DNA of 64,000 nucleotides from a phage: NCBI GenBank assembly GCA_014913405.1, contig GCA_014913405.1_3931.1; one strand, 5' to 3'. Shown piece by piece: positions 53,898 to 64,000 of this stretch (position 1 is its first letter; each line of letters starts with the position of its first letter). The notes under the pieces were generated by a model. It saw only the letters and a program-made list of their open reading frames with translations, ran no database searches and was not told where the DNA came from. The position numbers and the translations under genes were made by a program.

Positions 53898-55364
53898 ATG
53901 GCAGATATTACAGAAACACAAGAAAGCTTACCACCATTTAGAATGGGTGAAGTAGGTTCTTTGGGTCTGAAGGTTAAGAATGGAAGAATCTATGAAGAAC
54001 CTCGTCAGGCACTAAGGTTCCCTGAAAGTATTAAAACTTTCCAATTAATGATGCGTGACCCTGCTGTAGCAGCATCTGTAAATATTATTAAGATGTTTGT
54101 CAGAAAGGTCAACTGGAGATTCGTACCTCCAAAGGGGAAAGAGCAAGACCCTAAAATGCTTGAAAGAGCAGACTTCTTTAATTCTTTAATGGATGACATG
54201 GAGCATGATTGGGCAGATTTTATTAACTCTGTAATGTCATTCTGCACTTATGGGTTCTGTGTTAACGAAAAGGTTTATAAGAAACGTCAGGGTAAAAAAG
54301 GAAAGTACCAGTCAAAATTTGATGACGGTCTAATTGGGTGGGCTAAATTACCAATCAGAAACCAGTCAACACTTGATAAGTGGTATTTTGACGAAGACTT
54401 TAGAAAAGTTACTGGTGTTAGACAGAATCTGAGAAATGTTTCACATATTGCTGGAGCAATCAATCTCGGAGAAAGACCACTAACAAGAAAACTTCCACGA
54501 GCTAAATTCATGCTGTTTAAGTATGACGATGAATATGGAAATCCAGAAGGTCGTTCACCATTACTTAACGCTTATGTACCGTGGAAATATAAAGTACAGA
54601 TTGAAGAGTATGAAGCTGTTGGTGTTTCAAGAGACTTAGTAGGTATGCCAAAGATTGGTTTACCACCAGACTATCTGGATGAAAATGCAGAGCCTGAAAA
54701 GAAAGCTTTCGTACAATACTGCAAAACTGTTGTTAACGATATGATTGCTAATGACAGAGCAGGTTTAATCTGGCCTAGATATATCGACCCAGAAACTAAA
54801 GAGGATATCTTTGAGTTCTCATTAGTTTCTAGACAGGGTGCTAAAGCATATGATACAGGTTCTATCATTGACAGATATTCCAAGCAAATTATGATGGCAT
54901 TTATGTCAGATGTTCTTGCTATGGGTCAGTCAAAATATGGTTCATTCTCTCTTGCAGATTCTAAGACAAGCCTATTAGCAATGTCAGTAGATATTCTGCT
55001 GAAGCAAATTAAGAACGTAATTAACCGTGACTTAGTTGCACAGACTTATGCTCTTAATATGTGGGATGATGAAGAACATGTACAAATCACATACGATGAT
55101 ATCGAAACTCCAGACCTTGAAGCAATTGGTTCTTATATTCAGAAGACTGTTGCAGTAGGTGCTTTGGAAGTTGACAAAGAGCTATCTAACAAACTTAGAG
55201 AGCATATTGGTCTTCCTCCTGCTGATGAGTCTCAGCCAGTATCTGAAAAGCTTTCTCCAAATAGCCAAAGCCGTTCAGGAGATGGTTATAAGACCGCTGG
55301 AGAAGGTACTGCAAAGACACCTTCAGCGAAAGACCCAAGCACAGCAAATAAGGCAAATAAATAA
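53898..55364 (+). CDS. portal protein
   Basis: about 490 aa, immediately downstream of the terminase large subunit; ATG at 53898 (track start GTG at 53889). Confidence 0.65.
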   Translation: MADITETQESLPPFRMGEVGSLGLKVKNGRIYEEPRQALRFPESIKTFQLMMRDPAVAASVNIIKMFVRKVNWRFVPPKGKEQDPKMLERADFFNSLMDDMEHDWADFINSVMSFCTYGFCVNEKVYKKRQGKKGKYQSKFDDGLIGWAKLPIRNQSTLDKWYFDEDFRKVTGVRQNLRNVSHIAGAINLGERPLTRKLPRAKFMLFKYDDEYGNPEGRSPLLNAYVPWKYKVQIEEYEAVGVSRDLVGMPKIGLPPDYLDENAEPEKKAFVQYCKTVVNDMIANDRAGLIWPRYIDPETKEDIFEFSLVSRQGAKAYDTGSIIDRYSKQIMMAFMSDVLAMGQSKYGSFSLADSKTSLLAMSVDILLKQIKNVINRDLVAQTYALNMWDDEEHVQITYDDIETPDLEAIGSYIQKTVAVGALEVDKELSNKLREHIGLPPADESQPVSEKLSPNSQSRSGDGYKTAGEGTAKTPSAKDPSTANKANK

Positions 55365-55864
55365 TGGCTGAAGTTATCTCTATTTCAAATGCTACACGAG
55401 TGCATTCGTATAGGGGTGTCCTTATCATCACTGATAAGTTATCTGTAGAGGCTGGCTCAAGGGTCAGCCTTTCAGGTTATGTTAGTGATGGTGGAGTCTC
55501 TAACGTTTTCACTATTTGCAGGTTACTTGATGCACCAATGAGTGGAAAACCGTTTATTTCAGGAAATTGTAGTGAAATTGTTAAAATTCCATTTGACAGT
55601 TCATGCCTTTTGGGTGTAAAGTTATATAACTGCGAGAATAAACGTGTCAATGTTAATAGCATTGAAGCCGCTTTCATTACCCTCGATACTGCATTTCAAT
55701 CCCCAATGACAGTTAACAAAGAAACAAACAGACTTGAATACATTTTTTCACAAAATGATTACAAAGTACTTGTCAAAGGTAAAGTATATGATATGATTGT
55801 AAATGTGGTAGATGAATCTGGTAACCATTCAACAGTCCTTAAACAAAAAGTAAGGTTTAATTAA
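55364..55864 (+). CDS. hypothetical protein
   Basis: ORF track; between portal and protease. Confidence 0.4.
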   Translation: MAEVISISNATRVHSYRGVLIITDKLSVEAGSRVSLSGYVSDGGVSNVFTICRLLDAPMSGKPFISGNCSEIVKIPFDSSCLLGVKLYNCENKRVNVNSIEAAFITLDTAFQSPMTVNKETNRLEYIFSQNDYKVLVKGKVYDMIVNVVDESGNHSTVLKQKVRFN

Positions 55865-56196
55865 TGGGAACATTAACTATTGATGGTAAGAATAAAATCC
55901 TCGCCACGCTAACCCCAACGACTATTATTTTACACAATGTAGACCCAACGGCAGACCCTACAGCAAATAAGGTTACTCAGCCAGTGGCTATTTATTTTTC
56001 TGAACCGGATAATGGCTTAATTGCCTCAGAAGACACAGTTAATATTACTGTTCCAGCTTCTGCAACGGTCTCACACTATAGCTTGTGGGATGCTAACGAT
56101 AAATGCGTGGCAACTGGTGCTCTTAGCAAACCTCAATTCTTTGCTGAAGAAGGTATCTATGTTATCTCTTCAGTCTCTGTAGATTTAAACAAATAG
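55864..56196 (+). CDS. hypothetical protein
   Basis: ORF track. Confidence 0.4.
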   Translation: MGTLTIDGKNKILATLTPTTIILHNVDPTADPTANKVTQPVAIYFSEPDNGLIASEDTVNITVPASATVSHYSLWDANDKCVATGALSKPQFFAEEGIYVISSVSVDLNK

Positions 56197-56207
56197 GGTG
56201 AGTAAAA

Positions 56208-57554
56208 ATGAGTTCGAATATCTTCAGACTTGCTGATAGATTATTCAACCAACCTTTACTAGCCACTGAATCATTAGCTCACTCAGCAGCAACTTATGTG
56301 AATAACAGATTGCTGGGTGATGTCCAAGCAGCAGTAAACTTTGATAAACCCAAAGGTGACGCAAGAAGTCTTTTAAAAGTAAAAGATGACATTGCTATTA
56401 TCCCTATTATGGGTGGTTTAACTCATCGTATGACGTTCATTGATGCAATGTGTACAGGTGGATTAAGCTCTTATGAGGGTTTACGTAGAGGCTTTGACGA
56501 AGCTTTAGCAGATGAGTCAATCAAGACTATTGTTCTGCATATTGATTCTGGTGGTGGTGAAGCTTCAGGTTGCTTTGAATTAGCACGTCACATCATGGCT
56601 TCAAGAGGCCAAAAGAAAATTATTGCTTATGTAGATGAGTTCGCTTGTTCCGCTGCATATGCTCTTGCATCTTCTGCTGAAGAAATTATTGCATCACCAG
56701 ATGCAGATGTTGGTTCTATTGGTGTAATCATGGTTCATCAGGAATTAACTAAGGCATTTGAAAAGAATGGCGTAACAATTAACGTCATCAAAGCTGGTGA
56801 GTTTAAAGGTATGGGTTCACCATTCCAAGCACTTTCAGAAGAAAGCAAAGAAAGACTTCAAAAGAGAATTAATGATACCTACGCAACCTTTACAGGTTTT
56901 GTAGCTGAAGCTCGTAATATCTCTGAAGAAGCTGTAAAGAATACTGAGGCGAATGTTTATTCTGCTCAGGAAGCTCTTGAACTTGGTTTAATTAACTCAA
57001 TCATGTCTCAAGATGATTTCTTAAATTACTTACAAGGTTCTGAAGAGGCTCCTGTAAGTTTAAACGTTAACAATTCAGGTGAAGAAATGACTGAACAAGA
57101 AAAGCAAGAACTAGAAGCTTTGCGTCTTCAGGTTGCTCAAATGAAAGCTAAAGAACAGGAAGCTGCTTTGTCAGATTTGACTAATAAGATTTCTGCTTCT
57201 GCTGAAGCTTTTGGATTTGATGCAAAAGAAGCTGCAACGACTATTTTAGGTGCTGGTCTTGATAACCCTCTGAGTGTTCTGTTTATGAATGCTATGGAAG
57301 GTGCTAACCAGAAACTTAATGAAACTATCGCGTCCCATGCTTCTGCAATGGAAGAAAAAGAATCAGAAATTACCAAGCTGAAAGAAACTGCTGGTGCTGT
57401 TCTTGAACATTCCAACGCTATGGAAGAAGTGGGTAATGACGGCGAAGCTGATTTAGTTGAAGAAGAAAAAGAACCAGCTAAGAATGCTTCCGAAGACACC
57501 GCTGAACAACGCAAACTGGCTCTCCAGAATGCTCTAAAATCTCTTATCAAATAA
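56208..57554 (+). CDS. prohead protease (S49/ClpP-like) fused to a scaffold-like C-terminal region
   Basis: S49-type region IVLHIDSGGGEASG...FACSAAYALAS followed by an Ala/Glu-rich helical C terminus; same position as lambda C/Nu3. Confidence 0.65.
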   Translation: MSSNIFRLADRLFNQPLLATESLAHSAATYVNNRLLGDVQAAVNFDKPKGDARSLLKVKDDIAIIPIMGGLTHRMTFIDAMCTGGLSSYEGLRRGFDEALADESIKTIVLHIDSGGGEASGCFELARHIMASRGQKKIIAYVDEFACSAAYALASSAEEIIASPDADVGSIGVIMVHQELTKAFEKNGVTINVIKAGEFKGMGSPFQALSEESKERLQKRINDTYATFTGFVAEARNISEEAVKNTEANVYSAQEALELGLINSIMSQDDFLNYLQGSEEAPVSLNVNNSGEEMTEQEKQELEALRLQVAQMKAKEQEAALSDLTNKISASAEAFGFDAKEAATTILGAGLDNPLSVLFMNAMEGANQKLNETIASHASAMEEKESEITKLKETAGAVLEHSNAMEEVGNDGEADLVEEEKEPAKNASEDTAEQRKLALQNALKSLIK

Positions 57555-57565
57555 GGAACACAATA

Positions 57566-57943
57566 ATGGCATATCAAGGTTTTACTAAGTTAGGTAAAAG
57601 AGAACCTCTGAATGATATCATTCTTTGGGAACAGGTTACCCCAACAGGCCACTCTCGTAAAGAGTACACCCCACAGGCATCTACAGAATATCGTGTAGGT
57701 GAAGTTCTGAAAGCAGATGGTACTAAAGTTGCAGCAGGGGAAGAAGCTCAGGCTGATTCTGTATGTATCGTTAACTTTTATGCAGACCTGCAACTGTCTT
57801 ACCACGGTCAGTTGAAAGTTGTTGGTATTTACCGTGACGCAGAACTGAAAGACATGCTGACTCTTGAGTCTGGTGTTAATGCCGAGAGCGTCAAGACAGC
57901 TCTGGCTGCTAAAGGTGTTGATTTCGTACCAACTGGCCTGTAA
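57566..57943 (+). CDS. putative head decoration protein (lambda gpD position)
   Basis: 125-aa ORF between protease/scaffold and major capsid gene. Confidence 0.4.
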   Translation: MAYQGFTKLGKREPLNDIILWEQVTPTGHSRKEYTPQASTEYRVGEVLKADGTKVAAGEEAQADSVCIVNFYADLQLSYHGQLKVVGIYRDAELKDMLTLESGVNAESVKTALAAKGVDFVPTGL

Positions 57944-57976
57944 TAACAATAATAAGACATTCTGGAGAATTTTACA

Positions 57977-59083
57977 ATGTTGACTAATTCTGAAAAAAGC
58001 AGATTTTTCCTTGCTGACCTGACTGGTGAAGTCCAGTCTATCCCAAATACTTATGGGTATATTTCCAACTTAGGTCTGTTCCGTTCAGCACCAATCACCC
58101 AAACTACTTTCCTTATGGACTTGACTGATTGGGATGTTAGCTTGCTTGATGCGGTAGACCGTGATAGCCGTAAAGCAGAGACTAGCGCACCTGAGCGTGT
58201 TCGTCAAATCAGCTTCCCAATGATGTACTTCAAAGAAGTTGAAAGCATTACTCCTGATGAAATTCAGGGTGTACGTCAGCCAGGCACTGCAAACGAACTG
58301 ACTACTGAAGCTGTAGTACGTGCTAAGAAGCTGATGAAGATTCGTACCAAGTTCGATATTACTCGTGAGTTCCTGTTTATGCAAGCTCTGAAGGGTAAAG
58401 TTGTTGATGCTCGTGGTACTCTGTATGCTGACCTGTACAAACAGTTCGACGTTGAGAAGAAGACTGTTTACTTCGACCTTGACAACCCTAATGCTGACAT
58501 CGACGCTTCTATTGAAGAACTGCGTATGCACATGGAAGACGAAGCTAAGACTGGCACTGTAATCAACGGTGAAGAAATTCACGTAGTTGTTGACCGTGTA
58601 TTCTTCAGCAAGCTGACTAAACACCCTAAGATTCGTGATGCCTATCTTGCACAGCAGACCCCACTGGCTTGGCAACAGATTACTGGTTCTCTGAGAACTG
58701 GTGGTACTGACGGCGTTCAGGCTCACATGAACACTTTCTACTACGGTGGTGTTAAGTTTGTCCAGTACAACGGTAAGTTCAAAGACAAGCGTGGTAAGGT
58801 TCATACTCTGGTGAGCATTGATGGTGCTGGTGCAGAGGTTGGTGTAGGACACGCTTTCCCTAACGTTTCTATGCTGGGTGAAGCAAACAACATCTTCGAA
58901 GTGGCTTATGGCCCATGCCCTAAGATGGGTTACGCAAATACACTTGGTCAGGAACTGTATGTATTCGAATACGAAAAAGACCGTGATGAAGGTATTGACT
59001 TCGAAGCTCACTCTTACATGCTGCCATACTGTACTCGTCCTCAGTTGCTGGTAGACGTTCGTTCTGACGCTAAAGACGAATAA
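57977..59083 (+). CDS. major capsid protein (lambda gpE-like position)
   Basis: 368 aa; position in the head module; strong RBS GGAGA. Confidence 0.65.
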   Translation: MLTNSEKSRFFLADLTGEVQSIPNTYGYISNLGLFRSAPITQTTFLMDLTDWDVSLLDAVDRDSRKAETSAPERVRQISFPMMYFKEVESITPDEIQGVRQPGTANELTTEAVVRAKKLMKIRTKFDITREFLFMQALKGKVVDARGTLYADLYKQFDVEKKTVYFDLDNPNADIDASIEELRMHMEDEAKTGTVINGEEIHVVVDRVFFSKLTKHPKIRDAYLAQQTPLAWQQITGSLRTGGTDGVQAHMNTFYYGGVKFVQYNGKFKDKRGKVHTLVSIDGAGAEVGVGHAFPNVSMLGEANNIFEVAYGPCPKMGYANTLGQELYVFEYEKDRDEGIDFEAHSYMLPYCTRPQLLVDVRSDAKDE

Positions 59084-59104
59084 TATTCTTAAGGAGGGTT
59101 ATGA

Positions 59105-59554
59105 ATGTGTTATACAGGCGACCCAGCCAATAACCCTCTTGATAGAGTAAGAATCCTCTGCACAGACACCAATAATGATGAAATTCTTATTGAACAGTCT
59201 GTGCTAGAGTGGTTCTATCTAGAATCTGGAAAGGATGAAAAGAAAGCAGCCATCAAAGCTCTTAAATATTTACTCTTTCAAGTAGCCAAGATGGGAGATG
59301 AGAAGGTTGGTGGTGTTTATTTACGTAACTCTTCCAGATTCAAATCTCTGAAAGCTGTTTATGATGACCTTGTTAAAAGCTCTGTTTCAGGACTACCCTA
59401 TGCAGGTGGTATTAACCAGTGCGATATTGATATGCGTCGTCAGAATCCTTGCTCTGTCAAGAAATACACAGAATATGGTGATGCTGCCAGATACGAAGGC
59501 AGAGATTACTGCAACCGTGTTAATGGCGTATTTATTATCGAGCGAGATGAATAA
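59105..59554 (+). CDS. hypothetical head-tail module protein
   Basis: ORF track. Confidence 0.4.
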   Translation: MCYTGDPANNPLDRVRILCTDTNNDEILIEQSVLEWFYLESGKDEKKAAIKALKYLLFQVAKMGDEKVGGVYLRNSSRFKSLKAVYDDLVKSSVSGLPYAGGINQCDIDMRRQNPCSVKKYTEYGDAARYEGRDYCNRVNGVFIIERDE

Positions 59555-60036
59555 TGGTTAAAAGGGTTATTCACCCCGCTAGAGCAAAATTAGTCGGGGC
59601 TATGAAGAACTTGCAAACGGCTAATGCTCAAGTTGGGTATTTTCAAGAACAAGGTCAACATAGCTCTGGTTTTTCTTATCCTGCTTTAATGTATTTACAA
59701 GAAGTTATTGGGGTTCCTTCAGCTTCTGGTAAAGTATATCGTAGGTTGTTTGAAATCACTATGATGCTAAACAGACAGACCTTGTTAGAGCAGACTAAGA
59801 AGAATCTATATAAGCAACTTAGCAGTCTCAACACAGACCCTTCAAATACCCTAGAAGCATTTGCAAAGAATGCTCAAAAGGCAATTAAAAGAGGTTTTGG
59901 TAATTCTGCTATCCTCCCTCCTAACGCACCTTCCACAGTCAAGAAAAAAGGCTTTAATGCACCTCTTGTTGAGACAGGTGACTTAAGGGATAACCTTGCT
60001 TATAAAATTTCTACTAAGAAGGGTATTAAGAAATGA
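59554..60036 (+). CDS. hypothetical head-tail module protein
   Basis: ORF track. Confidence 0.4.
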   Translation: MVKRVIHPARAKLVGAMKNLQTANAQVGYFQEQGQHSSGFSYPALMYLQEVIGVPSASGKVYRRLFEITMMLNRQTLLEQTKKNLYKQLSSLNTDPSNTLEAFAKNAQKAIKRGFGNSAILPPNAPSTVKKKGFNAPLVETGDLRDNLAYKISTKKGIKK

Positions 60037-60434
60037 GACTCTTAAACAGACACAGCTTTGTAGTAAAGCGTAAAGTCTCTGAAGACGGTTATTACAATGA
60101 TGATGGTGATTGGGTAGCTTCACAAGATATTGTAGAGGTTAACTGCAAAGGTAATATCCAGCCATATATCAAAGGTTCTGTAAAGAACGGTACACAGATT
60201 GCTTTACCGGAAGGTATCAGGCTTACCGATACAAGAATCCTGTATACTACATATAAACTTAGAACTTCAGATGATGTAGAGTGGAATGAGTCTGACATTG
60301 TTATGATTGATGGTCATGAGTATGAAGTATTTATGACTATGGATTGGTCACAGCAATTAGCCCATACGTCCCATTATGAATATATCATTATTAGAAGGGA
60401 TAAAATGAATGCAGTTAGAAACAGCAGAACTTGA
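60033..60434 (+). CDS. hypothetical head-tail module protein
   Basis: ORF track. Confidence 0.4.
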   Translation: MRLLNRHSFVVKRKVSEDGYYNDDGDWVASQDIVEVNCKGNIQPYIKGSVKNGTQIALPEGIRLTDTRILYTTYKLRTSDDVEWNESDIVMIDGHEYEVFMTMDWSQQLAHTSHYEYIIIRRDKMNAVRNSRT

Positions 60435-61008
60435 AAAAGGTCTAGTTAGAACCTTAGTGGATGTTATTGGTCACAGACTAGCTCGTGATAAAAATAATAG
60501 ACCAAATGTAATTAGAGCTTACCCTTCTGATAACTCAAATGACAAAGGTTTAAAACCTGACCAGCCATTTATTACCGTATATTGTCAAGATGCTGCAACA
60601 CCTTATGGTTGGGTTCTTGATAAGTTTGTTGAGGATGATGTAGTTTGCTACAGAATTGCTTTTCAGATTCCAGTATTAATTACGGTAAATGGTAAAGGTG
60701 CTCACAGTATTATGCTTGAGCTTAAACAACGATTAGAGATGAGTTCAGTCAGAGATTTAATTCTTGAAGAGACAGGAGCTACAGTTTTAGACACTGGAGC
60801 TATCCCGAATGACTATACCTATCTCAATACAGATTTCGAAAATTCTGCGCCTCTTGTTGTAACTCTTGTAAAAAATTCAGTCCTGAAAGATGAACGTGGG
60901 GGAATTATTGAACGTGTCATTGTTGATGGTGAATTAGTTTACGAAGAAGGACAAGAGCCACCAGAATATACTATCCATCTAGATGTAGACTCCAAAGGGG
61001 TAAAATAA
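60409..61008 (+). CDS. hypothetical head-tail module protein
   Basis: ORF track. Confidence 0.4.
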   Translation: MQLETAELEKGLVRTLVDVIGHRLARDKNNRPNVIRAYPSDNSNDKGLKPDQPFITVYCQDAATPYGWVLDKFVEDDVVCYRIAFQIPVLITVNGKGAHSIMLELKQRLEMSSVRDLILEETGATVLDTGAIPNDYTYLNTDFENSAPLVVTLVKNSVLKDERGGIIERVIVDGELVYEEGQEPPEYTIHLDVDSKGVK

Positions 61009-62361
61009 ATGTGGAATCCAATTGTTAATGTAGATATTACATTGAACACCGCAGGAACTACAAGAGAAGGTTTTGGGCTACCACTATTTTTAGCTTCAAC
61101 AGATAACTTTGAAGAAAGAGTCCGTGGTTACACTTCCTTAACTGAAGTTGCTGAAGATTTCGATGAAAACTCTGCTGCATATAAGGCTGCTAAACAACTT
61201 TGGAGTCAGACTCCTAAAGTAACTCAGCTTTATATTGGTAGACGTGCTATGCAGTACACTGTATCAATTCCTGATGAGGTTACTGAGAGCACCGACTATT
61301 CTTTAACTGTAGCTGTGAGCGGTGGAGTTTCTCAGCCATTCCAGTACACTTCACAGTCAGAAGATACTGCTGAGAAGGTGCTACAGCAGCTTAAAACTCA
61401 GATTGAAGCAGAGCCTTCTGTAAAAGACCTTGTTACCGTCAATGTAACTGGTGCTGGTGGTTCAGCAACAATGGTAATCACCAAAGCGGGTGACAATGAC
61501 TTCGTGAAGGTTACCACTACAGCACAAACAGTGTCAATTGCAAGTACAACTGCTGACACAGCATCGACTGCTCTGGCAGCTATTGAGGCTTATTCAACTG
61601 ACTGGTATTTCATTGCAGCAGAAGACAGAACTCAACAGTTTGTCTTAGCAATGGCTTCTGAGATTCAAGCTCGTAAGAAGATTTTCTTTACAGCTAACTC
61701 TGATGTAACAGCCCTACAAGGTACAGAATTATCCAGTGCAAATGATGTTCCAGCACAACTTGCTAAGAATAAGTACACTCGTACAGTTTGCTTGTGGCAT
61801 CACACAGCAGCAGAAGATTATCCAGAAATGGCATACATTGCTTATGGTGCTCCTTATGATGCAGGTTCAATTGCTTGGGGTAACGCACAGTTAACTGGTG
61901 TAGCTGCTTCTCTACAGCCATCTAATCAGAGACCTCTGACAAGTATTCAGAAGTCAGCTTTAGATGCACGTCACTGTAACTTTATTGACCTTGATGGTGG
62001 TGTTCCAGTGGTTCGTAGAGGGATTACTTCTGGTGGGGAATGGATTGATATCATCCGTGGTGTTGACTGGTTAGAATCAGACCTGAAAACTTCTCTGAGA
62101 GACTTGCTAATTAACCAGAAGGGTGGTAAGATTACTTATGATGATACTGGTATTACCCGTATTCGTCAAGTCATTGAAACCTCTCTGCAAAGAGCAGTCA
62201 ACAGAAACTTCCTGTCATCTTACACAGTTAATGTTCCTAAAGCCTCTCAAGTTGCTTTGGCAGACAAGAAAGCTCGTATCCTGAAAGACGTTACCTTCTC
62301 AGGTATCTTAGCAGGGGCTATCTTGGATGTTGACTTGAAAGGTACAGTGGCTTACGAATAA
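61009..62361 (+). CDS. putative tail sheath protein
   Basis: 450-aa ORF followed by a ~150-aa ORF, two small ORFs and a tape-measure-like gene (sheath-tube-chaperone-TMP order). Confidence 0.45.
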   Translation: MWNPIVNVDITLNTAGTTREGFGLPLFLASTDNFEERVRGYTSLTEVAEDFDENSAAYKAAKQLWSQTPKVTQLYIGRRAMQYTVSIPDEVTESTDYSLTVAVSGGVSQPFQYTSQSEDTAEKVLQQLKTQIEAEPSVKDLVTVNVTGAGGSATMVITKAGDNDFVKVTTTAQTVSIASTTADTASTALAAIEAYSTDWYFIAAEDRTQQFVLAMASEIQARKKIFFTANSDVTALQGTELSSANDVPAQLAKNKYTRTVCLWHHTAAEDYPEMAYIAYGAPYDAGSIAWGNAQLTGVAASLQPSNQRPLTSIQKSALDARHCNFIDLDGGVPVVRRGITSGGEWIDIIRGVDWLESDLKTSLRDLLINQKGGKITYDDTGITRIRQVIETSLQRAVNRNFLSSYTVNVPKASQVALADKKARILKDVTFSGILAGAILDVDLKGTVAYE

Positions 62362-62376
62362 TAGAGGTAAATTGGA

Positions 62377-62823
62377 ATGGCTATGTATCAGCAATATTCC
62401 CCTAAAGACGTTGTGTGTAGCTGGAATGGTATTGCCATTGAAGGCTTTGCCCCAGACTCATTCTTACGTCTACAGAGAACATCACCACTTGTGACACCAG
62501 TTGTAGGTGCAGGTGGTCAAGTTGCTCTGACAAGAAATGCAGACAAGACAGGTACTATTGAGATTGAGTTAATGCAGACTTCTCTCTCTAACCAGATGCT
62601 TTCTGCAATTCAAGCTAAACAAGACAATATGGAACTTGAAGAAGATATCTCTTCTAACTTCGTAATCTACGACCCATCAGGCTCTGTTCTGGCAACTGGT
62701 ATTAATGCTTGGTTGCAGGAATTACCACAGATTGAACTTGGTCGTGACCAGAACTCTAAGACTTGGATTTTTGGTTGTGAGAAGCTAGACTACACTTCTA
62801 CAATTCCAGCGTCAAGTGTTTAA
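62377..62823 (+). CDS. putative tail tube protein
   Basis: 148-aa ORF immediately after the putative sheath. Confidence 0.4.
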   Translation: MAMYQQYSPKDVVCSWNGIAIEGFAPDSFLRLQRTSPLVTPVVGAGGQVALTRNADKTGTIEIELMQTSLSNQMLSAIQAKQDNMELEEDISSNFVIYDPSGSVLATGINAWLQELPQIELGRDQNSKTWIFGCEKLDYTSTIPASSV

Positions 62824-62834
62824 TAAATCCTATA

Positions 62835-62867
62835 AGGGGGAGACTTTAAAAGGTCTTCCCCTTTTTT
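62835..62867 (+). terminator. rho-independent terminator
   Basis: GGGGGAGAC...GTCTTCCCC followed by TTTTTT. Confidence 0.55.
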
Positions 62868-62896
62868 GTTTCTTTTAAAAATATTAAGGAATCACA

Positions 62897-63295
62897 ATGA
62901 AAACAGAATCTAGAGTAATTAATGGTAAGAAAGTAAATATCGTTCTGCTTGGGGCAAGAGATGGTATTAAGATGTCTATGAAGTTGGGTAAAATTGTTGT
63001 TCCAACCTTTGCACAGATGCTGTCAAGTCTGACTGATAAAGACAAGAAAGAAGCTCCAATGGTTCCATTTAAAGAACTTGTTGAAGCTTGTTTTGACAGA
63101 ATTGAAGAAATTAACCTTGAAGAAATGGCTACCTTACTATTTCAAGGGGCGACTGTTGATGACTTCCCACTAAATATTGATACCTACTTCCAAGCAAACT
63201 ACGGTGAATTTATTGATTACTTAGCATTTGCGCTGGAGGCAAACTTCGGAAGTTTTTTCGAAGCAAGCATTTTCAAAAGCCTAACTTCTCAGTAA
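62897..63295 (+). CDS. putative tail assembly chaperone
   Basis: position directly upstream of the tape-measure gene. Confidence 0.35.
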   Translation: MKTESRVINGKKVNIVLLGARDGIKMSMKLGKIVVPTFAQMLSSLTDKDKKEAPMVPFKELVEACFDRIEEINLEEMATLLFQGATVDDFPLNIDTYFQANYGEFIDYLAFALEANFGSFFEASIFKSLTSQ

Positions 63296-63297
63296 AC

Positions 63298-63537
63298 ATG
63301 GGTAACACTCTACAGACACCACTGACTGATGCTGCTGTAGAGGCAACCTATGAAGAAGCAGACGAGATGAAATTTGTGCTTGCTATTTATGGTATGGAAG
63401 GGTGTAAAGAAACACTTGACCAACTCTTTGCTATGACATTCTCTGATTTATTATCATTGAGACAATTTCTTGAGATTCAGAGGTCGTATAAAGAGGAAAT
63501 TGCTTACAACGAACTTAGAAGAGCAGGAAAAATGTAA
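63298..63537 (+). CDS. hypothetical protein (second putative tail chaperone)
   Basis: ORF track. Confidence 0.3.
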   Translation: MGNTLQTPLTDAAVEATYEEADEMKFVLAIYGMEGCKETLDQLFAMTFSDLLSLRQFLEIQRSYKEEIAYNELRRAGKM

Positions 63538-64000
63538 TGGCACAATATACAGTTGATAGCTTCATTGTAGAACTTGGTTTCAGTGAAAAGGTTGTTAAGG
63601 GCTTGCAAAGAGTTGAGAAGATGTCTATGCAAGCTGCTCAACGTATTGAGAGAAATATTAATAAAGCCTTTGATGTGAAACCTAATAAAAGTTCTCAGGA
63701 AGCACTTAATAGAATTGTAAAAAATGCTCAGTCTGCTTCGGGCAGAATCAATAAAGCACTCAACAGTTCCTTGAACCTTGATTCACAAGGTGTTAAATCT
63801 CTTAAGAGACTTGAAACTCAAGCAAAAAAGACTGCAAAAGGTATTAACAAGTCTTTAAAAGATGCTATGAAGGTTGACGGTAAAGTTACTATCAAGACAG
63901 GTAGAGGAAGAGGTGGACAGAACACCCCCCCTGTTGGTGGTGGAGCACCCAGAGGTCCGAGAGTAGATGTTGCTCAGAGACAAATGGAAAGGATGTTTAA
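63537..64000 (+). CDS. putative tape measure protein, 3'-truncated by the window end
   Basis: ATG at 63537 overlapping the preceding stop (TAATG); frame open to the window end; helical, Lys/Gln-rich N terminus. Confidence 0.4.
   Translation, partial: MAQYTVDSFIVELGFSEKVVKGLQRVEKMSMQAAQRIERNINKAFDVKPNKSSQEALNRIVKNAQSASGRINKALNSSLNLDSQGVKSLKRLETQAKKTAKGINKSLKDAMKVDGKVTIKTGRGRGGQNTPPVGGGAPRGPRVDVAQRQMERMF

Noticed and set aside
58085-59011. 308-aa - strand ORF inside the major capsid gene, and similar long antisense ORFs (19587..20114, 57137..57577, 53345..53761, 23939..24439)
   Set aside because: They lie fully inside confidently assigned + strand genes with motifs; they are antisense shadow ORFs.
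1-64000. Integrase, attachment sites or other prophage-boundary features
   Set aside because: No tyrosine or serine recombinase motifs were seen and gene content is uniformly phage-like across the window; tRNA genes occur only as a dense internal cluster, not as an integration target.

Overview
This window reads as a tailed, contractile-tail (myovirus-like) phage genome of about 39% GC. It contains a nucleotide-metabolism and replication block on the + strand (dNMP kinase, T7-like primase-helicase, acidic-tailed SSB, 5'-3' exonuclease, NrdA/NrdB, glutaredoxin, NrdD/NrdG, PRPP synthetase, NAMPT, rIIA/rIIB), a - strand block ending in an endolysin, a cluster of 27 tRNA genes, and a lambda-like head module followed by sheath, tube and tape-measure genes. 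The gene content resembles Felix O1-like phages, but that is an inference from memory, not a database result. The most unusual part is an accessory island at about 29.1-37.0 kb: 14 short ORFs of unknown function, each with its own near-identical promoter/stem-loop/leader cassette, followed by a 1.6 kb non-coding, repeat-dense segment between convergent terminators. The tRNA cluster also holds a perfect 19-bp inverted repeat, a pair of permuted tRNA halves, a reiterated spacer element and embedded promoters and ORFs. All calls come from reading the sequence and the ORF track; no searches were run, and the tRNA anticodons were folded by hand.
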